Shown: positions 40,033-50,763, counted from the stretch's first letter. The stretch is DNA of 64,000 nucleotides from Dehalococcoidia bacterium (GCA_050184225.1 JBFXAN010000012.1:1-64000); one strand, 5' to 3'. The notes: a model not told the origin generated them from the sequence alone. Numbers and translations: made by a program.

Positions 40033-41211
40033 TCAGGAGCCGAGCGGGCCGGGATCCATCCCGAGCAGGAGCCGCCCCGCGCGCTCGTAGTTGACCGGCG
40101 ACACGCCCAGGTGCTGCGCCGCCACCTGCACGTCACGCAGGCACCGGTCCAGCGGGCTTTGGCGATAGACGGCGGTGCCGCCACCGGCCTGGTACATCGA
40201 CTCTGTCACCTGGCGGGCGGCGGCGGCGGCATAGGCCGGCGCCGCGGCGAGCATGGCCTCCTGTTCGGGGGTAAGTGGCGCTCCTTGACAGGCGGACTGC
40301 CAGGCGTCGCGAACGGTTGCGTAGAGCAAGCCCCGCGCTGCCTGCAGCGTCGCTTCCGCCTGGGCGACCTGGGCCTGGATCACCGAGCGATCGCGCAGTA
40401 GGGTGGTGCCGAAGGTGGGCACCTTGGCAGCCGCCAGGGCTTTCAGGGTCTCGATCGCTGTCCGGGCGATGCCAAGCGGGACGGCGGCGACGGCAGCGGG
40501 GAACCATTGGAAGATAGACACGCGATAGAGCGGGTGGTCGAGGCGCGGCCGGCCGGTGAGGAAGGCGAAGTTGTGGTCTTCCGGAACGAACAGATCGGTG
40601 ACGGCGATGTCGTGACTACCCGTGCCGCACAGACCGCCGCTGTCCCAGGTGTCGATGATCGCGCACTGGCCTACCCGGAAGAACATCAGCCGCAGGTCCG
40701 GCGTGCCATCGACGCCTAGGCGCGGCTGCTCTCCGTCGACGACGAGGCTGACACCGGAGAGCCAGGTGCAGTGATCGCAGCCACTGGCGAACGGCCAGCG
40801 CCCGCTCACTCGATACCCGCCCGGAACCGGTATGGCGCGGCCCCGTGGTGTGAACGAGCCGCCCATGACGGCCAGGGCGTCGGACCCGAAGATGGCGCGG
40901 GCGCCGGACTCGGGCAGGTAGGCGCCGATCATCCCGCCCAAGGCGCCGATCATCAGGCACCAGCCGACCGATCCGTCCAGTTCCGAAAATGCTTCGATCA
41001 GCTGGAACAGGCGCTCCGGTTCGAGTTCGTCACCGCCGAGGTCAGCGGGAACCCACAGGCGGAAGAGACCCGCCTCGGCGATCGCCGTCACCAGCGACGG
41101 TGGCAGGCGGCGCTCCCGTTCGAGGGACTCCCGTGCCGCGATGATCTGCGGCGCCAACGCCGTCGCCGCGACGACCGGATCGAAGGATGTGGCCGAGTCG
41201 ATTGTTACCAT
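40033..41211 (-). CDS. Flavin-dependent monooxygenase of the acyl-CoA dehydrogenase fold (HsaA-like)
   Basis: DGSVGW, SGRWPFASGC, DTWDSGGLCGTGSHD and LDRCLRD...QH motifs. Confidence 0.88.
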   Translation of the reverse strand: MVTIDSATSFDPVVAATALAPQIIAARESLERERRLPPSLVTAIAEAGLFRLWVPADLGGDELEPERLFQLIEAFSELDGSVGWCLMIGALGGMIGAYLPESGARAIFGSDALAVMGGSFTPRGRAIPVPGGYRVSGRWPFASGCDHCTWLSGVSLVVDGEQPRLGVDGTPDLRLMFFRVGQCAIIDTWDSGGLCGTGSHDIAVTDLFVPEDHNFAFLTGRPRLDHPLYRVSIFQWFPAAVAAVPLGIARTAIETLKALAAAKVPTFGTTLLRDRSVIQAQVAQAEATLQAARGLLYATVRDAWQSACQGAPLTPEQEAMLAAAPAYAAAAARQVTESMYQAGGGTAVYRQSPLDRCLRDVQVAAQHLGVSPVNYERAGRLLLGMDPGPLGS

Positions 41212-41284
41212 GGTCTGCTCCTGTGCGATGGGCGTCCGCGCCCGATTCCGCGAGGCTGCATCATTGGCAGCAATGGCCGTCGAG

Positions 41285-41770
41285 CTAGGGATGCGTGCCC
41301 GCCGACCAGGCGCTCGGCATCTGGCCGGCGCCGAAGTCGAGGATGCGGACCTCGTTGGGGCGGACGGCGATGCGCGCCCAGGCGGGGAAGGTCTGCTTGA
41401 CGAGGGAGAGGAAGTCGTTACCGGCCTGCTCGCCGACGTAGCGTTGCGCGGCCAGCAGCCACTCGGGGAAGGGTTCGGGGGCGACGGTGACGTTTGCCGT
41501 GCCTCGGATCATCAGCACCTTGCAGGGCCAGTCGTTGGTATCGATCGTGAGGCTGACGGCGGGGTACTTGGCGAGGGCGCGCATCTTGGGTGAATTCGGC
41601 GGGGCGCCCATCAGGATCTCGTCGCCGGTCCAGTGGAACCAGATCGGGATGACGCGGGGGGTGCCGTCGTGCCAGGTGTAGGCGAGCCGCGCCGGGATGG
41701 TGGAGCGGAGCATCTCCTGGGCGACGGGGTCAGTCGAGAGGATCGTGCGGGCGTCGCTGGTGGCGGTCAT
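41285..41770 (-). CDS. Pyridoxamine 5'-phosphate oxidase-like (split barrel flavin/F420-binding) protein
   Basis: ARLAYT..DGTPRVIPIWF and K......P.VSLTID motifs. Confidence 0.82.
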   Translation of the reverse strand: MTATSDARTILSTDPVAQEMLRSTIPARLAYTWHDGTPRVIPIWFHWTGDEILMGAPPNSPKMRALAKYPAVSLTIDTNDWPCKVLMIRGTANVTVAPEPFPEWLLAAQRYVGEQAGNDFLSLVKQTFPAWARIAVRPNEVRILDFGAGQMPSAWSAGTHP

Positions 41771-41982
41771 CGCGCTGTCCTTTCTGCGATCGGGTGGGTA
41801 CTCGGCTTGGGAGCGTGCCGATCGAGGTCACGGTCTCCGCCCGTGCTCATCCGTCCAGATAAACGTTGCCGGTTCAAGAATTGGCGTTTCTTGTTCATTT
41901 CACTTCGGGCTATCTGGAACCGTCGCACTATCACTGCACCCGTTTCTCCGGCTTCGGTGGCGTCGTTCTGTTCGAGGTCGAT

Positions 41983-43023
41983 CTACTCCCCGGCCCGGCC
42001 GGAGATGACGATGTAGCCGGGTGCGGGGCGTTCGACGCGGATGTCGGTGCAGCCGGCGGCATTGAGCCAGCCGGTATACTCCTCGGCGGTCCAACAGCGG
42101 GAGGTGGACATGATTCGGAAGAGGAGCGTGAAGCCGTCGATGAAGAGGTCGGGTGGGTCGTCCGGGGCCGGCTGTTCTCCTTCGACGATCGCGATCGTGC
42201 CGCCGGGGGTGAGTGCCTGCCGTGCCCGTTGGATCAGGTCCGTGTTTTGCGTCGCGGAGAAATGGTGCAGGACGTTGGTGCAGAGGATTGCATCGTAGTC
42301 CGTTCCGAGATCGTCGGTGAGGGCGTTACCGGCGCGATGGGTGACGACGTTGTCGATGCCCGCCTCTCGCGCCAGCCCGCGGGCGTGTTCGACCGCCGGC
42401 GGGAGATCGAGCACAACCGAGGTCAGTTCCGGATGGAGCCGGCAGACTTCGGCGCCGATGAGCCCGTGCGCGCCGCCAATTTCGAGCATCCGGCGGGCGC
42501 CGTCCTTGACGGGGACGAGTGGCGCGACCAGTGGGGCTTCGAAGCCGGCGAACTCTAGCATCGCCCGCTGGTAGGCCGCCCAAGCGGCGGGGTCCTTCTC
42601 CGTGCCGTGGAAGTCGATCCCGTCGCCGGTACGGACGACCTGTTCGAGTTGCGAGGTCATATCCCACTGGCTGTAGTTAAACTCGGCGAGGCCGACGAAC
42701 GGAACAACGGCGCCCCGGATCAGACTCGATCGGGCGCGCGGCGTAAGGTCGTACCGTGGACCCGTGGTGGTGACATAGCCGGTGGAACACAGCACCCGCA
42801 GGACGAGTTCGACACTTATTGCATCAAGGTTCAGGTCTGTGGCAATCTCCGACGCCGTGCGTGGTCGGTCGCGCAGCGCCTCGAACAGGCCGAGGCGGAC
42901 GGCGGCCATGATCGATCGCGTCTGAAGCATGGGCATGGTCAGGTCGATGGCCGGCACGAGCGGCGAGCCGGGGCCGAAGACCTGCTCTTCCTCCGGGGTT
43001 TGGGGAATGATGCCGTATCGCAT
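41983..43023 (-). CDS. O-methyltransferase (dimerisation + SAM domain)
   Basis: AAVRLGLFE, LEIGGAHG, LDLP, NVLHHF and LTPGG motifs. Confidence 0.9.
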   Translation of the reverse strand: MRYGIIPQTPEEEQVFGPGSPLVPAIDLTMPMLQTRSIMAAVRLGLFEALRDRPRTASEIATDLNLDAISVELVLRVLCSTGYVTTTGPRYDLTPRARSSLIRGAVVPFVGLAEFNYSQWDMTSQLEQVVRTGDGIDFHGTEKDPAAWAAYQRAMLEFAGFEAPLVAPLVPVKDGARRMLEIGGAHGLIGAEVCRLHPELTSVVLDLPPAVEHARGLAREAGIDNVVTHRAGNALTDDLGTDYDAILCTNVLHHFSATQNTDLIQRARQALTPGGTIAIVEGEQPAPDDPPDLFIDGFTLLFRIMSTSRCWTAEEYTGWLNAAGCTDIRVERPAPGYIVISGRAGE

Positions 43024-43128
43024 TGGATGCTCCTTGTGTTGAGCGGCGTGGGTCGGGCGATCCAGCGTTAGTGATGCGGTCCGCCGTGGCGCCGCGACCC
43101 ACGTCCGTGCGGTGACGGATAGGCATCG

Positions 43129-43368
43129 TTAGCGGGCCGAAGCGCTTGGCATGGTTGAGTTGGCAGCGTTGGCGCGGAGCCGCTCGCCGAGGCGGACGAG
43201 CCACAGGCCCAGCCGTTGGGTTGGACCGCTCACGCCGTTCCGGTCTTGTTGCAGCAACCGGAGATCCTCCTCCATCGCCATGCGGCGGGCGCCGGCCGGA
43301 AGAATTACATCCTCGAGATGCCGCAGCGCGGCGTGGGCCTGATAGTCGATCGTCGGGTCCGGTACCAT
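43129..43368 (-). CDS. Small hypothetical protein
   Basis: GAGGAAGGGAG RBS; RLGLWLVRLGERL amphipathic segment; first gene downstream of the LuxR regulator. Confidence 0.55.
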   Translation of the reverse strand: MVPDPTIDYQAHAALRHLEDVILPAGARRMAMEEDLRLLQQDRNGVSGPTQRLGLWLVRLGERLRANAANSTMPSASAR

Positions 43369-43444
43369 TACATGACTCCCTTCCTCTTTGCGGTCATGCC
43401 GCACCAACTGATGACCTGAGCGTAGAACCGGTTTGATGCGCCGC

Positions 43445-43532
43445 CATCCGTGGCCGTACTCAACCGCGGTACTCAATCGGCGACGCGGGAATGTGTTGGG
43501 GACGCGGGAAACGCTTAGGGGGTAGTACCTAT
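43445..43532 (-). promoter_or_regulatory. Direct-repeat operator cluster downstream of the LuxR-type regulator
   Basis: GTACTCAA at 43456 and 43469, related AGTACCTAT at 43524, and GACGCGGGAA at 43482 and 43501. Confidence 0.55.
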
Positions 43533-43544
43533 GGTGCGGCGGCG

Positions 43545-46064
43545 CTAGAGGAGGCTGTGACGGAAGGCGTAGGCAGTGGCTTCGGCGCGGCTTCGGGTGC
43601 CGATCTTGGCGTAGATGCGGGCGGTGTGGTTTTCGACGGTGCGGACGCTGAGGACGAGGGTGTCGGCGATCTCCTGGTTGCTTTTGCCTGTCGCCAGGAG
43701 ACGGAGGACTTCGGCTTCGCGGGCGCTGAGCCCGTCGGGATATATCGTGACTTCTGGAGCGGCAGCTCTTTTCGGTTCGATCGAGGTGAGAGCTTCGGCG
43801 ATGGCGTGGTCTTGGGAGAGCGACTGTCCAGAGGTCCGGGCGGACTCGAAGATCGATGGATCGAGGTGGTCACGCAGCTGCGCGATGGTGTGTTCGTGCG
43901 CGGCGGCATCGGCGAGCGACCATGACTCGGCGATGCCGGCTGCCTCGCGGATGGCGGCGGCAGCAGCGATCAGCCGGAGCGCCTGTTCGGACCGGCCGCG
44001 TCGTTGCGCGACGATGCCGAGGCCATTGAGGCCAATGGCGATACCATCCTGGTCACCTACCCACTGCAGCAGCGGTAGCGACTCCGCAAAACATGCCGCC
44101 GCGCGGTCCAGATCTCCCTCTTGCAACGCCAGTTCGCCCAGGAGATTGAGCGTCTGGCCGGTACCCCAGAAGTCGTCTGCCGGTCTGATCAGCGAAACGG
44201 ACTCTTCAACCAGGGGGCGCGCGGCGGCATAATCACCCTCGTGTGCGGCGATCAGGCCAAGAAAGTACAGGGGCATGGCGAGAAGCCAGGGGTCGTCTAT
44301 CGTTCGGGCGCGCGACTCCGCCTCACCGAGCAGGAGTTGCGCGCTGCGATAGTCGCCCTGTTTGATCCGAATCATGTTCAGGTGACACTGCAGCAGCACA
44401 AGTTCCCAGTCTGAACCACCTCCCCGGCAATGCGTGAGAGCTTCCTCCACGATGGTGTGTCCCGCGACCGCATCACCTTCGAAGAAGACAGTCATGCCCA
44501 GATGGGTGAGGGCCAGGGCAAGCGCCCGCGAGTCGCCAACCTCACGAAAAATACGGGCGCTCTCCTCCAACATGTCGCGGGCTGGAACCAGATCGACCTG
44601 GATCCAGGCGAGCAGTCCGGCGGCAAGCAGGGCGTTTGCCCGTGCGGCCGAGTCTGCCGGCGCGATCCGCATCGCGTTTTCGGACCAATCACGTCCCTGG
44701 CGGACCGCACACAGCGCCCAGTACCACATCAATGCGTAAACGAACCTGCCCATGAGCTCGGTGTGCGAACGCTCCAGGCAGAACGCCAGTGCCGCGTTGA
44801 GGTTGTCATGGTTGCGGTGCGTGCGTTGCATCCACGCGTGTCGCGCCGGGCTGCGGATGCCAAGTGATGCCGTCTCGGCAAAGGTGACGAAGTAGCCGGC
44901 ATGCCGTTCCTGCTCGGAGTCCATCTCTCCGTTCGCGACGAGTTGTTCCAGTCCGTATTCGCGGATCGTTTCCAGCATCCAGAACCGCGGCTCGCCTTCG
45001 TCCGTCTCTTCTTGGAGCAGCAGGCTTTGGTCGACCAGTGACGCCAGGGACTCGATCAGATCGATCGATTGGCCGGCGTGTGGGTCAACGATCGCCTCGA
45101 TCGCTTCGAGATCTGCTCCGCCCGCAAAGACGGCGAGCTGTCGAAAGAGGGCTTGTCCGGCTGGTTCGAGCAGGTCGTAGCTCCAGGCGATCGCGCTGCG
45201 CATCGTTTGGAGCCGTTCTGGTTGGTCGCGAGCGCCACCGGCGAGGAGCGATAGGCGTCGTTCCAGCCGCGCCAGCAAAGCGCGAGGTGAGAGCAACGGA
45301 ACGCGGGCAGCAGCAAGCTGAATCGCCAGGGGCAACCCGTCGAGGCGGCGACAGATCTCCGCGACGGCGGGGGCGCTTTCGGGTGTGAGGGTGAAGTCCG
45401 GTCGTGCTGCCGTCGCCCGCGCGACAAACAACTGCCCTGCCTCCGACTCGATAACGGCTTCAAACGCAGTGCTGTCGCCGGTGCTCTCCGCGTGGGGTAG
45501 CGTGAGGGGCGGCACCGGATATTGGTGCTCTCCGGTGAGGTGCAGCAGCGCGCGGCTGGTGACGAGAACGGTCAGTCCTGGGCAAACGACGAGCAGTTCA
45601 GAGATCAGTGATGCGGCCGGTGCGAGGTGCTCAAAGTTGTCGAGCAGCAGCAGCAGGTGCTTGTCCCGCAGATGCGCGGCAAGTTGTTCCGATGGAGAGA
45701 GCACCGGTGACTCTCGCAATCCCAACGCGCGTGCCACGGCAGAATCAACCAGCGAGGGATCGCGCAGTGAGTCCAGTGAGACGAACGCGGCGCCGTCTTC
45801 GAACCTGCCGGTGAGAACGGCCGCAACGTGTAGGGCAAGCCGGGTCTTTCCGACGCCGCCGGGGCCGGTCAGTGTCAGCAGGCGGGCATCACTTCGGCGG
45901 AGAATCTGGCAGATGGCATCCACTTCGCGCCCGCGGCCGATCAGCGGCGCAAGCGGGAGTGGGAGCGCGGGTCGTTGCTGGCTTGGCGTGGACGAGGGGG
46001 TGCCCGGAACGTGCGAGAGTGGTGCGGCCGGCGTTGTGTCGGGCGCATCAGCGGGGGTTTCCAT
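43545..46064 (-). CDS. STAND ATPase-TPR-LuxR transcriptional regulator
   Basis: [34 protein letters not shown] and C-terminal LSAREAEVL...TVENH HTH. Confidence 0.93.
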   Translation of the reverse strand: METPADAPDTTPAAPLSHVPGTPSSTPSQQRPALPLPLAPLIGRGREVDAICQILRRSDARLLTLTGPGGVGKTRLALHVAAVLTGRFEDGAAFVSLDSLRDPSLVDSAVARALGLRESPVLSPSEQLAAHLRDKHLLLLLDNFEHLAPAASLISELLVVCPGLTVLVTSRALLHLTGEHQYPVPPLTLPHAESTGDSTAFEAVIESEAGQLFVARATAARPDFTLTPESAPAVAEICRRLDGLPLAIQLAAARVPLLSPRALLARLERRLSLLAGGARDQPERLQTMRSAIAWSYDLLEPAGQALFRQLAVFAGGADLEAIEAIVDPHAGQSIDLIESLASLVDQSLLLQEETDEGEPRFWMLETIREYGLEQLVANGEMDSEQERHAGYFVTFAETASLGIRSPARHAWMQRTHRNHDNLNAALAFCLERSHTELMGRFVYALMWYWALCAVRQGRDWSENAMRIAPADSAARANALLAAGLLAWIQVDLVPARDMLEESARIFREVGDSRALALALTHLGMTVFFEGDAVAGHTIVEEALTHCRGGGSDWELVLLQCHLNMIRIKQGDYRSAQLLLGEAESRARTIDDPWLLAMPLYFLGLIAAHEGDYAAARPLVEESVSLIRPADDFWGTGQTLNLLGELALQEGDLDRAAACFAESLPLLQWVGDQDGIAIGLNGLGIVAQRRGRSEQALRLIAAAAAIREAAGIAESWSLADAAAHEHTIAQLRDHLDPSIFESARTSGQSLSQDHAIAEALTSIEPKRAAAPEVTIYPDGLSAREAEVLRLLATGKSNQEIADTLVLSVRTVENHTARIYAKIGTRSRAEATAYAFRHSLL
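43561..43721. repeat. 161-bp near-identical repeat, copy 1 (LuxR HTH coding region)
   Basis: 3 mismatches to 46878-47038 by manual alignment; 115-bp perfect run. Confidence 0.9.
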
Positions 46065-46253
46065 GAGCACCTCATGCTGATCCCTGGAGGTGTGGCACAC
46101 GCAGACTAGTCCAGCGTCCGTCACGGGATTATCCGATTCTGTTCCATATAACGCTCGATCGCAATACCAGCCGGCGATTCAATCATGCCGGTTGCTGGCG
46201 ACTCGGCGTATGATGGAGGTACGACCAACATCTACCGCGTCGGGGTCGCCTCC

Positions 46254-46487
46254 ATGACCACACTCGATCGCATTACGGTCGATCCGGACCGCCTCAACGG
46301 ACAGCCGTGCATTCGCGACCTGCGACTGACGGTGCGGCGTGTGTTGGAGGCGCTGGCCCTCTATCCCGTCCGGGCTGACCTGTTTCGTGAATATCCGGAA
46401 CTCGAAGAAGAGGACATCCGTCAGGCGCTCGAATATGCTGCCGCCTATCTGGACGATCGGATTGTCGAACTCACTCCTGTTCGATGA
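46254..46487 (+). CDS. DUF433-family antitoxin
   Basis: RITVDPD..NGQPCIR..R and YPELEEEDIRQALEYAA motifs; ATGA overlap with the toxin gene. Confidence 0.9.
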   Translation: MTTLDRITVDPDRLNGQPCIRDLRLTVRRVLEALALYPVRADLFREYPELEEEDIRQALEYAAAYLDDRIVELTPVR

Positions 46488-46852
46488 AGTTCCTGCTCGA
46501 TCAAGGCGTGCCACGCACGGCCGCTGCACTGCTGCGTGCCGCGGATATCGACGCTGTGCATACAGGTGAAGTTGGACTAGGAACCGCAACGGATACAGCC
46601 ATCCTTCAGTTCGCTCATTCCGCGGGTTTCGTGGTGGTCACGCTGGATGCGGACTTTCACGCTCTGCTCGCTCACTCTGGTGCAACATCTCCGTCGGTGG
46701 TCCGGATTCGTCAAGAGCGACTCGTTGCAGAAACCGTCGTCGGGATTGTTCGCGCGGTCATTCGTGAGGTTGCAAATGAACTGCAGCAGGGCGCGGCGGT
46801 CACGGTTCAGGCCAGCAGAGTGCGTGTACGTCGGCTACCCATCATTCGCTGA
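46484..46852 (+). CDS. DUF5615-family PIN-like toxin
   Basis: MKFLLDQGVP, DAVH, ATD..I and VTLDADF motifs. Confidence 0.9.
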   Translation: MKFLLDQGVPRTAAALLRAADIDAVHTGEVGLGTATDTAILQFAHSAGFVVVTLDADFHALLAHSGATSPSVVRIRQERLVAETVVGIVRAVIREVANELQQGAAVTVQASRVRVRRLPIIR

Positions 46853-46861
46853 CCAGATGGC

Positions 46862-49798
46862 CTAGGAGAGGCCCTGGCGGAAGGCGTAGGCGGTGGCTTC
46901 GGCGCGGCTTCGGGCGCCGATCTTGGCGTAGATGCGGGCGGTGTGGTTTTCGACGGTGCGGACGCTGAGGACGAGGGTGTCGGCGATCTCCTGGTTGCTT
47001 TTGCCTGTCGCCAGGAGACGGAGGACTTCGACTTCGCGTGTCGAGAGGCCGTCGGGGTAGGCCGGCATCCGACCATCGCTGGGGACGACGCGGTGCTTCA
47101 AAGCTCGGGCGCGGTCCAAAGACGGCGTCATGCCCATCTGCTGGAACTCGCCGATGGCGAAGTCGAGGTGTGTGAGGGCATTGGGTTGTTCGTCGGTGGC
47201 GCCGGCAAGCAGGAGTTCGGCCAGGTGCAGACGGGTGAGGGCGATCTCGGGGCGGAAGCGGATGCGGGCGCAGGACTTCAATGCCTGCTCGTAGTAGGTT
47301 CGCGCCGCCACGGGGTCGCCGAGGAGTGCGGCCGCCGTACCCAGGTGGCGGGCGGGGCAGGTGAGGGTGAACCCGATCGATGAGAGTGCGGCGACGGGCC
47401 GGAGGTGATCGGCAAGGATGGCGGCGGTCTCTCGATCCTCGACCAGGACAGCGGTCTCCAACACCCAGACCGCGATGTCGATCGCAAGCTCACCTTCTCG
47501 GAGAGAACTCTTGAACGTCTCAAGGAACGTGCAGAGTTCCTGCTCCGCCTCTGACTTCCGTCCCATATGCGCCAGGCATGCCATGCGGGTCCAGGGCCAC
47601 ACGATCAGCGGGAGGGCTTCCGCCGCTCGTCCGAGATGGATGAGCGGCCGCGTGGTGACGCGCTCGGCAAAGACACGGCCCAGACGCGACATCCCTAACT
47701 CATCCGCGCGTTCGATGAGACGCTCGCCGCTTCCAGCCGCGGCTTCGAGCCGGCCGTCAACGGTGTCGAACGGCGTCTGGCCCACGATATTCGATGCGGC
47801 GATCTCCAGGAAAGGATTCCGGGTGCGTGCCGCCAGCGTGCGAAACTCGTGTGACATCGCTTCGGCCCGAACGCGGTCGCCCTGATCGAGGAACTTGCCG
47901 CTGCCGGGGCCGAGCAGGTTGGCCAGCGTTCGCAGATGAACGCCGTCTCGGGAGTGTTGCATCAGTTCGATCGCCAGTTGATAGACATCGTGCGTACGAA
48001 GCGGCGCCCACTCATAGGCGAGGAGCACGACGGACGCGGCGAACAGCGCCTCGTCATCGTTCAACTCGCGGGCGAGGTCCACGGCACGCCAGGCAAGGTT
48101 CCAGGACTTGCGCGGCCGGCCGGCCAACCGCGCGACCACGGCGAGGGCGGAATCGGCACGCACGCGGGCGGCGGAATCCGGTGCGGCATGACGATCCGCC
48201 TGTTCCGCCCAGAAGCGGTACTCGGGGGTCGCGGCCATCTCGAAGCTGCCGATGAGGAACAGCGCATCCAGCGCCATCTGGCAGACCTGGGAGGCGCGAT
48301 CAGCGTCACCGACGGATTCAGCCGCGTGCAGCGCGTCCGGCGCGACTTCGTCCACGGTGCGACTGGGTTCGCCGGTGTTGTTGAGGGTGTGACCGAGGGC
48401 GAGCAGGAGGTCGCAGCGTGCCGCCGCGTCAGTCGGGTCCGTGAGGTCCAATGCCGCCTGCAGGTGCGCCGTCGCTTCCTCCCAGGCGAAGACCTCGATG
48501 GCGTGCTCGGCCGCCGCCCGAGTGTACTCCAGTCGTTTGTCGGAAGCGGCGGCAGCGCCCGCCGCTTGAAAGTGGAGCGCGAGCGCACCGGCGTGCGGCC
48601 CGAGCCGAGCCGCGTGGACACCCTCGATCGCCTCAGCCGCCCGCAGGTGCAGATGTTGCCGGCGTGGCAGACTCAGTCCGGCGAGGATTGTCTCGCGGAT
48701 CAGCGCGTGGGTGAAGCGATACCCTCCGTCATCCTCGCGGAGCAGTCCCGCGCCCTCGGCCTGTTCCAGCGCCGCGACGAGTCGTGAGTCCGGCTGGATC
48801 TCACCCATGGCGGCGAGCAGATCGAGCGCAAATCCGGCGCCGAGGATGGCACCGGCGCGCAGCAGCGCGTTGGCATCGGCGTCGAGGCGTGCGAGCCGGC
48901 GGCCGATCACTTCGCGAACTCCTTCAGGGATGCCCCACTCCGCGACCGCTGTGCTGGTGTCGGTCAGGTCGCGTCCCTCGCCGCGGAGGTGCTGCACCAC
49001 TTCCTCGACGAAGAACGGATTCCCGTCAGTGCCCCGCTCGACCGCGGCGGTAACGGCAGCGGCGGGTAGGGCGCCCGCCAGCCCCTCGATCAGGGCGGCG
49101 ACATCTTCAAGAGAGAGGGCGCCGAGTGTGAGCCGCTCTGCCCGGCGCTCGCGGCGCAGATCGGCGAGTACGTCGACGAGTGGATGTGTGCGCTCCAGGT
49201 CGGTCGTGCGGAATGTGGCGACGACGAGGAGCGGGGCGTCGGCGATTCCGCGAACGAGGTGCTGGAGGAGGAGCACGGTTGGTTTATCTGCCCAGTGCAG
49301 ATCTTCGAGTACGAACAGAAGTCGCTGCTGCCGGGCGATCGACTGGACGAAGGCGGTCATGCTCTCAAAGAGATGATAGCGTGCGTGTTCCGGATCGGCG
49401 GTCTGAGCAACAGGCAGATCGGGAAGCCGGTCACGTATTTCGGGGAGGAGGAGTGCGACTGCCGCCGCGTTCCTACTCAACTGCTGGCGCAACGCTTCCG
49501 CCGACTCGCCATTGACGTGGCCGCGCAGCGGCTCGACAAAGGGTACATATGGCGGCATACCCTCCGCGTCGAATGCATGTCCGATCAGCACTTGCCAACC
49601 ATCAGCCCGCGCGCGTCGCGTCAGTTCGGTAACCAGGCGGGTCTTACCGATCCCCGGTTCGCCGCCGACGAGTACCACGCCGCCCGCGCCCCGACCGGCC
49701 GCGTCGAGGCGTTCCAGGAGAAACCGCAACTCACGCTGCCGGCCGACCAAAGGGGTGTGAGTGGACCGTCCGGGCATCGTGGCCTCCGACCGAGACAT
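46862..49798 (-). CDS. AAA ATPase-LuxR transcriptional regulator
   Basis: LVGRQRE, GEPGIGKT, LEDLHWAD, TDGNPFF, YRFTHALIR and C-terminal LuxR HTH. Confidence 0.93.
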   Translation of the reverse strand: MSRSEATMPGRSTHTPLVGRQRELRFLLERLDAAGRGAGGVVLVGGEPGIGKTRLVTELTRRARADGWQVLIGHAFDAEGMPPYVPFVEPLRGHVNGESAEALRQQLSRNAAAVALLLPEIRDRLPDLPVAQTADPEHARYHLFESMTAFVQSIARQQRLLFVLEDLHWADKPTVLLLQHLVRGIADAPLLVVATFRTTDLERTHPLVDVLADLRRERRAERLTLGALSLEDVAALIEGLAGALPAAAVTAAVERGTDGNPFFVEEVVQHLRGEGRDLTDTSTAVAEWGIPEGVREVIGRRLARLDADANALLRAGAILGAGFALDLLAAMGEIQPDSRLVAALEQAEGAGLLREDDGGYRFTHALIRETILAGLSLPRRQHLHLRAAEAIEGVHAARLGPHAGALALHFQAAGAAAASDKRLEYTRAAAEHAIEVFAWEEATAHLQAALDLTDPTDAAARCDLLLALGHTLNNTGEPSRTVDEVAPDALHAAESVGDADRASQVCQMALDALFLIGSFEMAATPEYRFWAEQADRHAAPDSAARVRADSALAVVARLAGRPRKSWNLAWRAVDLARELNDDEALFAASVVLLAYEWAPLRTHDVYQLAIELMQHSRDGVHLRTLANLLGPGSGKFLDQGDRVRAEAMSHEFRTLAARTRNPFLEIAASNIVGQTPFDTVDGRLEAAAGSGERLIERADELGMSRLGRVFAERVTTRPLIHLGRAAEALPLIVWPWTRMACLAHMGRKSEAEQELCTFLETFKSSLREGELAIDIAVWVLETAVLVEDRETAAILADHLRPVAALSSIGFTLTCPARHLGTAAALLGDPVAARTYYEQALKSCARIRFRPEIALTRLHLAELLLAGATDEQPNALTHLDFAIGEFQQMGMTPSLDRARALKHRVVPSDGRMPAYPDGLSTREVEVLRLLATGKSNQEIADTLVLSVRTVENHTARIYAKIGARSRAEATAYAFRQGLS
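46878..47038. repeat. 161-bp near-identical repeat, copy 2
   Basis: Matches 43561-43721 at offset 3317. Confidence 0.9.
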
Positions 49799-50039
49799 CT
49801 GATTTGCTCACAGCCGGATTGTACGGCTTCAGCGCGCTCGCGGAGGTGATGAAGTTGGCATGTGTCAGGGGCAATCGATGGCCCGCCGCCATCGGAGCGG
49901 AAGGAAGCCAAGCAAGTTGGCGAACAATGACACGTTGACGGTGATCTGATCGGTGCCGGCTGGTGGTGTCGTTATGTGGGTGCGACGCTCCGATAGAGTC
50001 AGTGCGAGTGGACCGGAATTGCCGGCGGCGGCTGGTGTG

Positions 50040-50426
50040 TCAGCGGATGAGACGGATCTCGACGCTGATGGTGAGGGACTGCCAAGTCCGGTCGGCGGTC
50101 ACGACCGGGAGATTCCTGCCTTGTGCAAGCGCCAAGCACGCGCGGTCGCCAAGTGAGAGTCCCGCCTCCCGTGTGACCGGCCGCAACATACCGGCACGAA
50201 GTGCTTGATCGGTATCGAAGGCAACGATTTGCAGGACGAGTCGCGCTAATCGTGCCCGGATCTCGCGCTCAGGAATCCCCCGATCAGCAAGCTTTGCCAC
50301 GACCTCAGAGAAATTGACACTGCTGATCAGAGCGCCGGCAGCGACCACCGACGCAGCTTCGGCGGCGCCCGGTTCGTTCTGAACCAAGGTCAGGACCGCG
50401 GAAGAGTCGACCACACTGTTACTCAC
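50040..50426 (-). CDS. vapC: VapC/PIN toxin
   Basis: VVDSSAVL...EPG, SSVNFSEV, LSLGDRACLA and TADR motifs. Confidence 0.92.
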   Translation of the reverse strand: MSNSVVDSSAVLTLVQNEPGAAEAASVVAAGALISSVNFSEVVAKLADRGIPEREIRARLARLVLQIVAFDTDQALRAGMLRPVTREAGLSLGDRACLALAQGRNLPVVTADRTWQSLTISVEIRLIR

Positions 50427-50763
50427 GGGCTGCCTCAGCGCGGCGCTCGGCGATTAGTTCCTCGCTGAGTGAGTGGCCTTCTGGTACAAACGAGCGCACC
50501 CACTCCTGGACGCGTCGAATCGATTCGTCGATCGAGACGACCCGAACTTCACCTTCTTCGAGGGAGAGCACGACTACCTCGCCGGGCTGCCATCCGAGCG
50601 CGCGTCGAAACTCGGCAGGGATCACGATCCGGCCGCCTACGTCGACTTTCGTCCGGACATGCTGGGTGCTCCCAGTCTCTCGGTTCTGAGGGTGCGTGTC
50701 ATGGACACCCTCTACCGGGGTTTTGTCGCGCGGACCATTTGGTATGTCCTCCACTTCTGGCAT
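50419..50763 (-). CDS. AbrB/MazE/SpoVT-family antitoxin
   Basis: KVDVGGRIVIPAEFRRALG..PG and LSEELIAERR motifs; overlaps the toxin start. Confidence 0.9.
   Translation of the reverse strand: MPEVEDIPNGPRDKTPVEGVHDTHPQNRETGSTQHVRTKVDVGGRIVIPAEFRRALGWQPGEVVVLSLEEGEVRVVSIDESIRRVQEWVRSFVPEGHSLSEELIAERRAEAARE

Noticed and set aside
37572-43023. Secondary metabolite biosynthetic cluster
   Set aside because: Only tailoring-type enzymes; no PKS, NRPS, terpene or RiPP core enzyme in the window.
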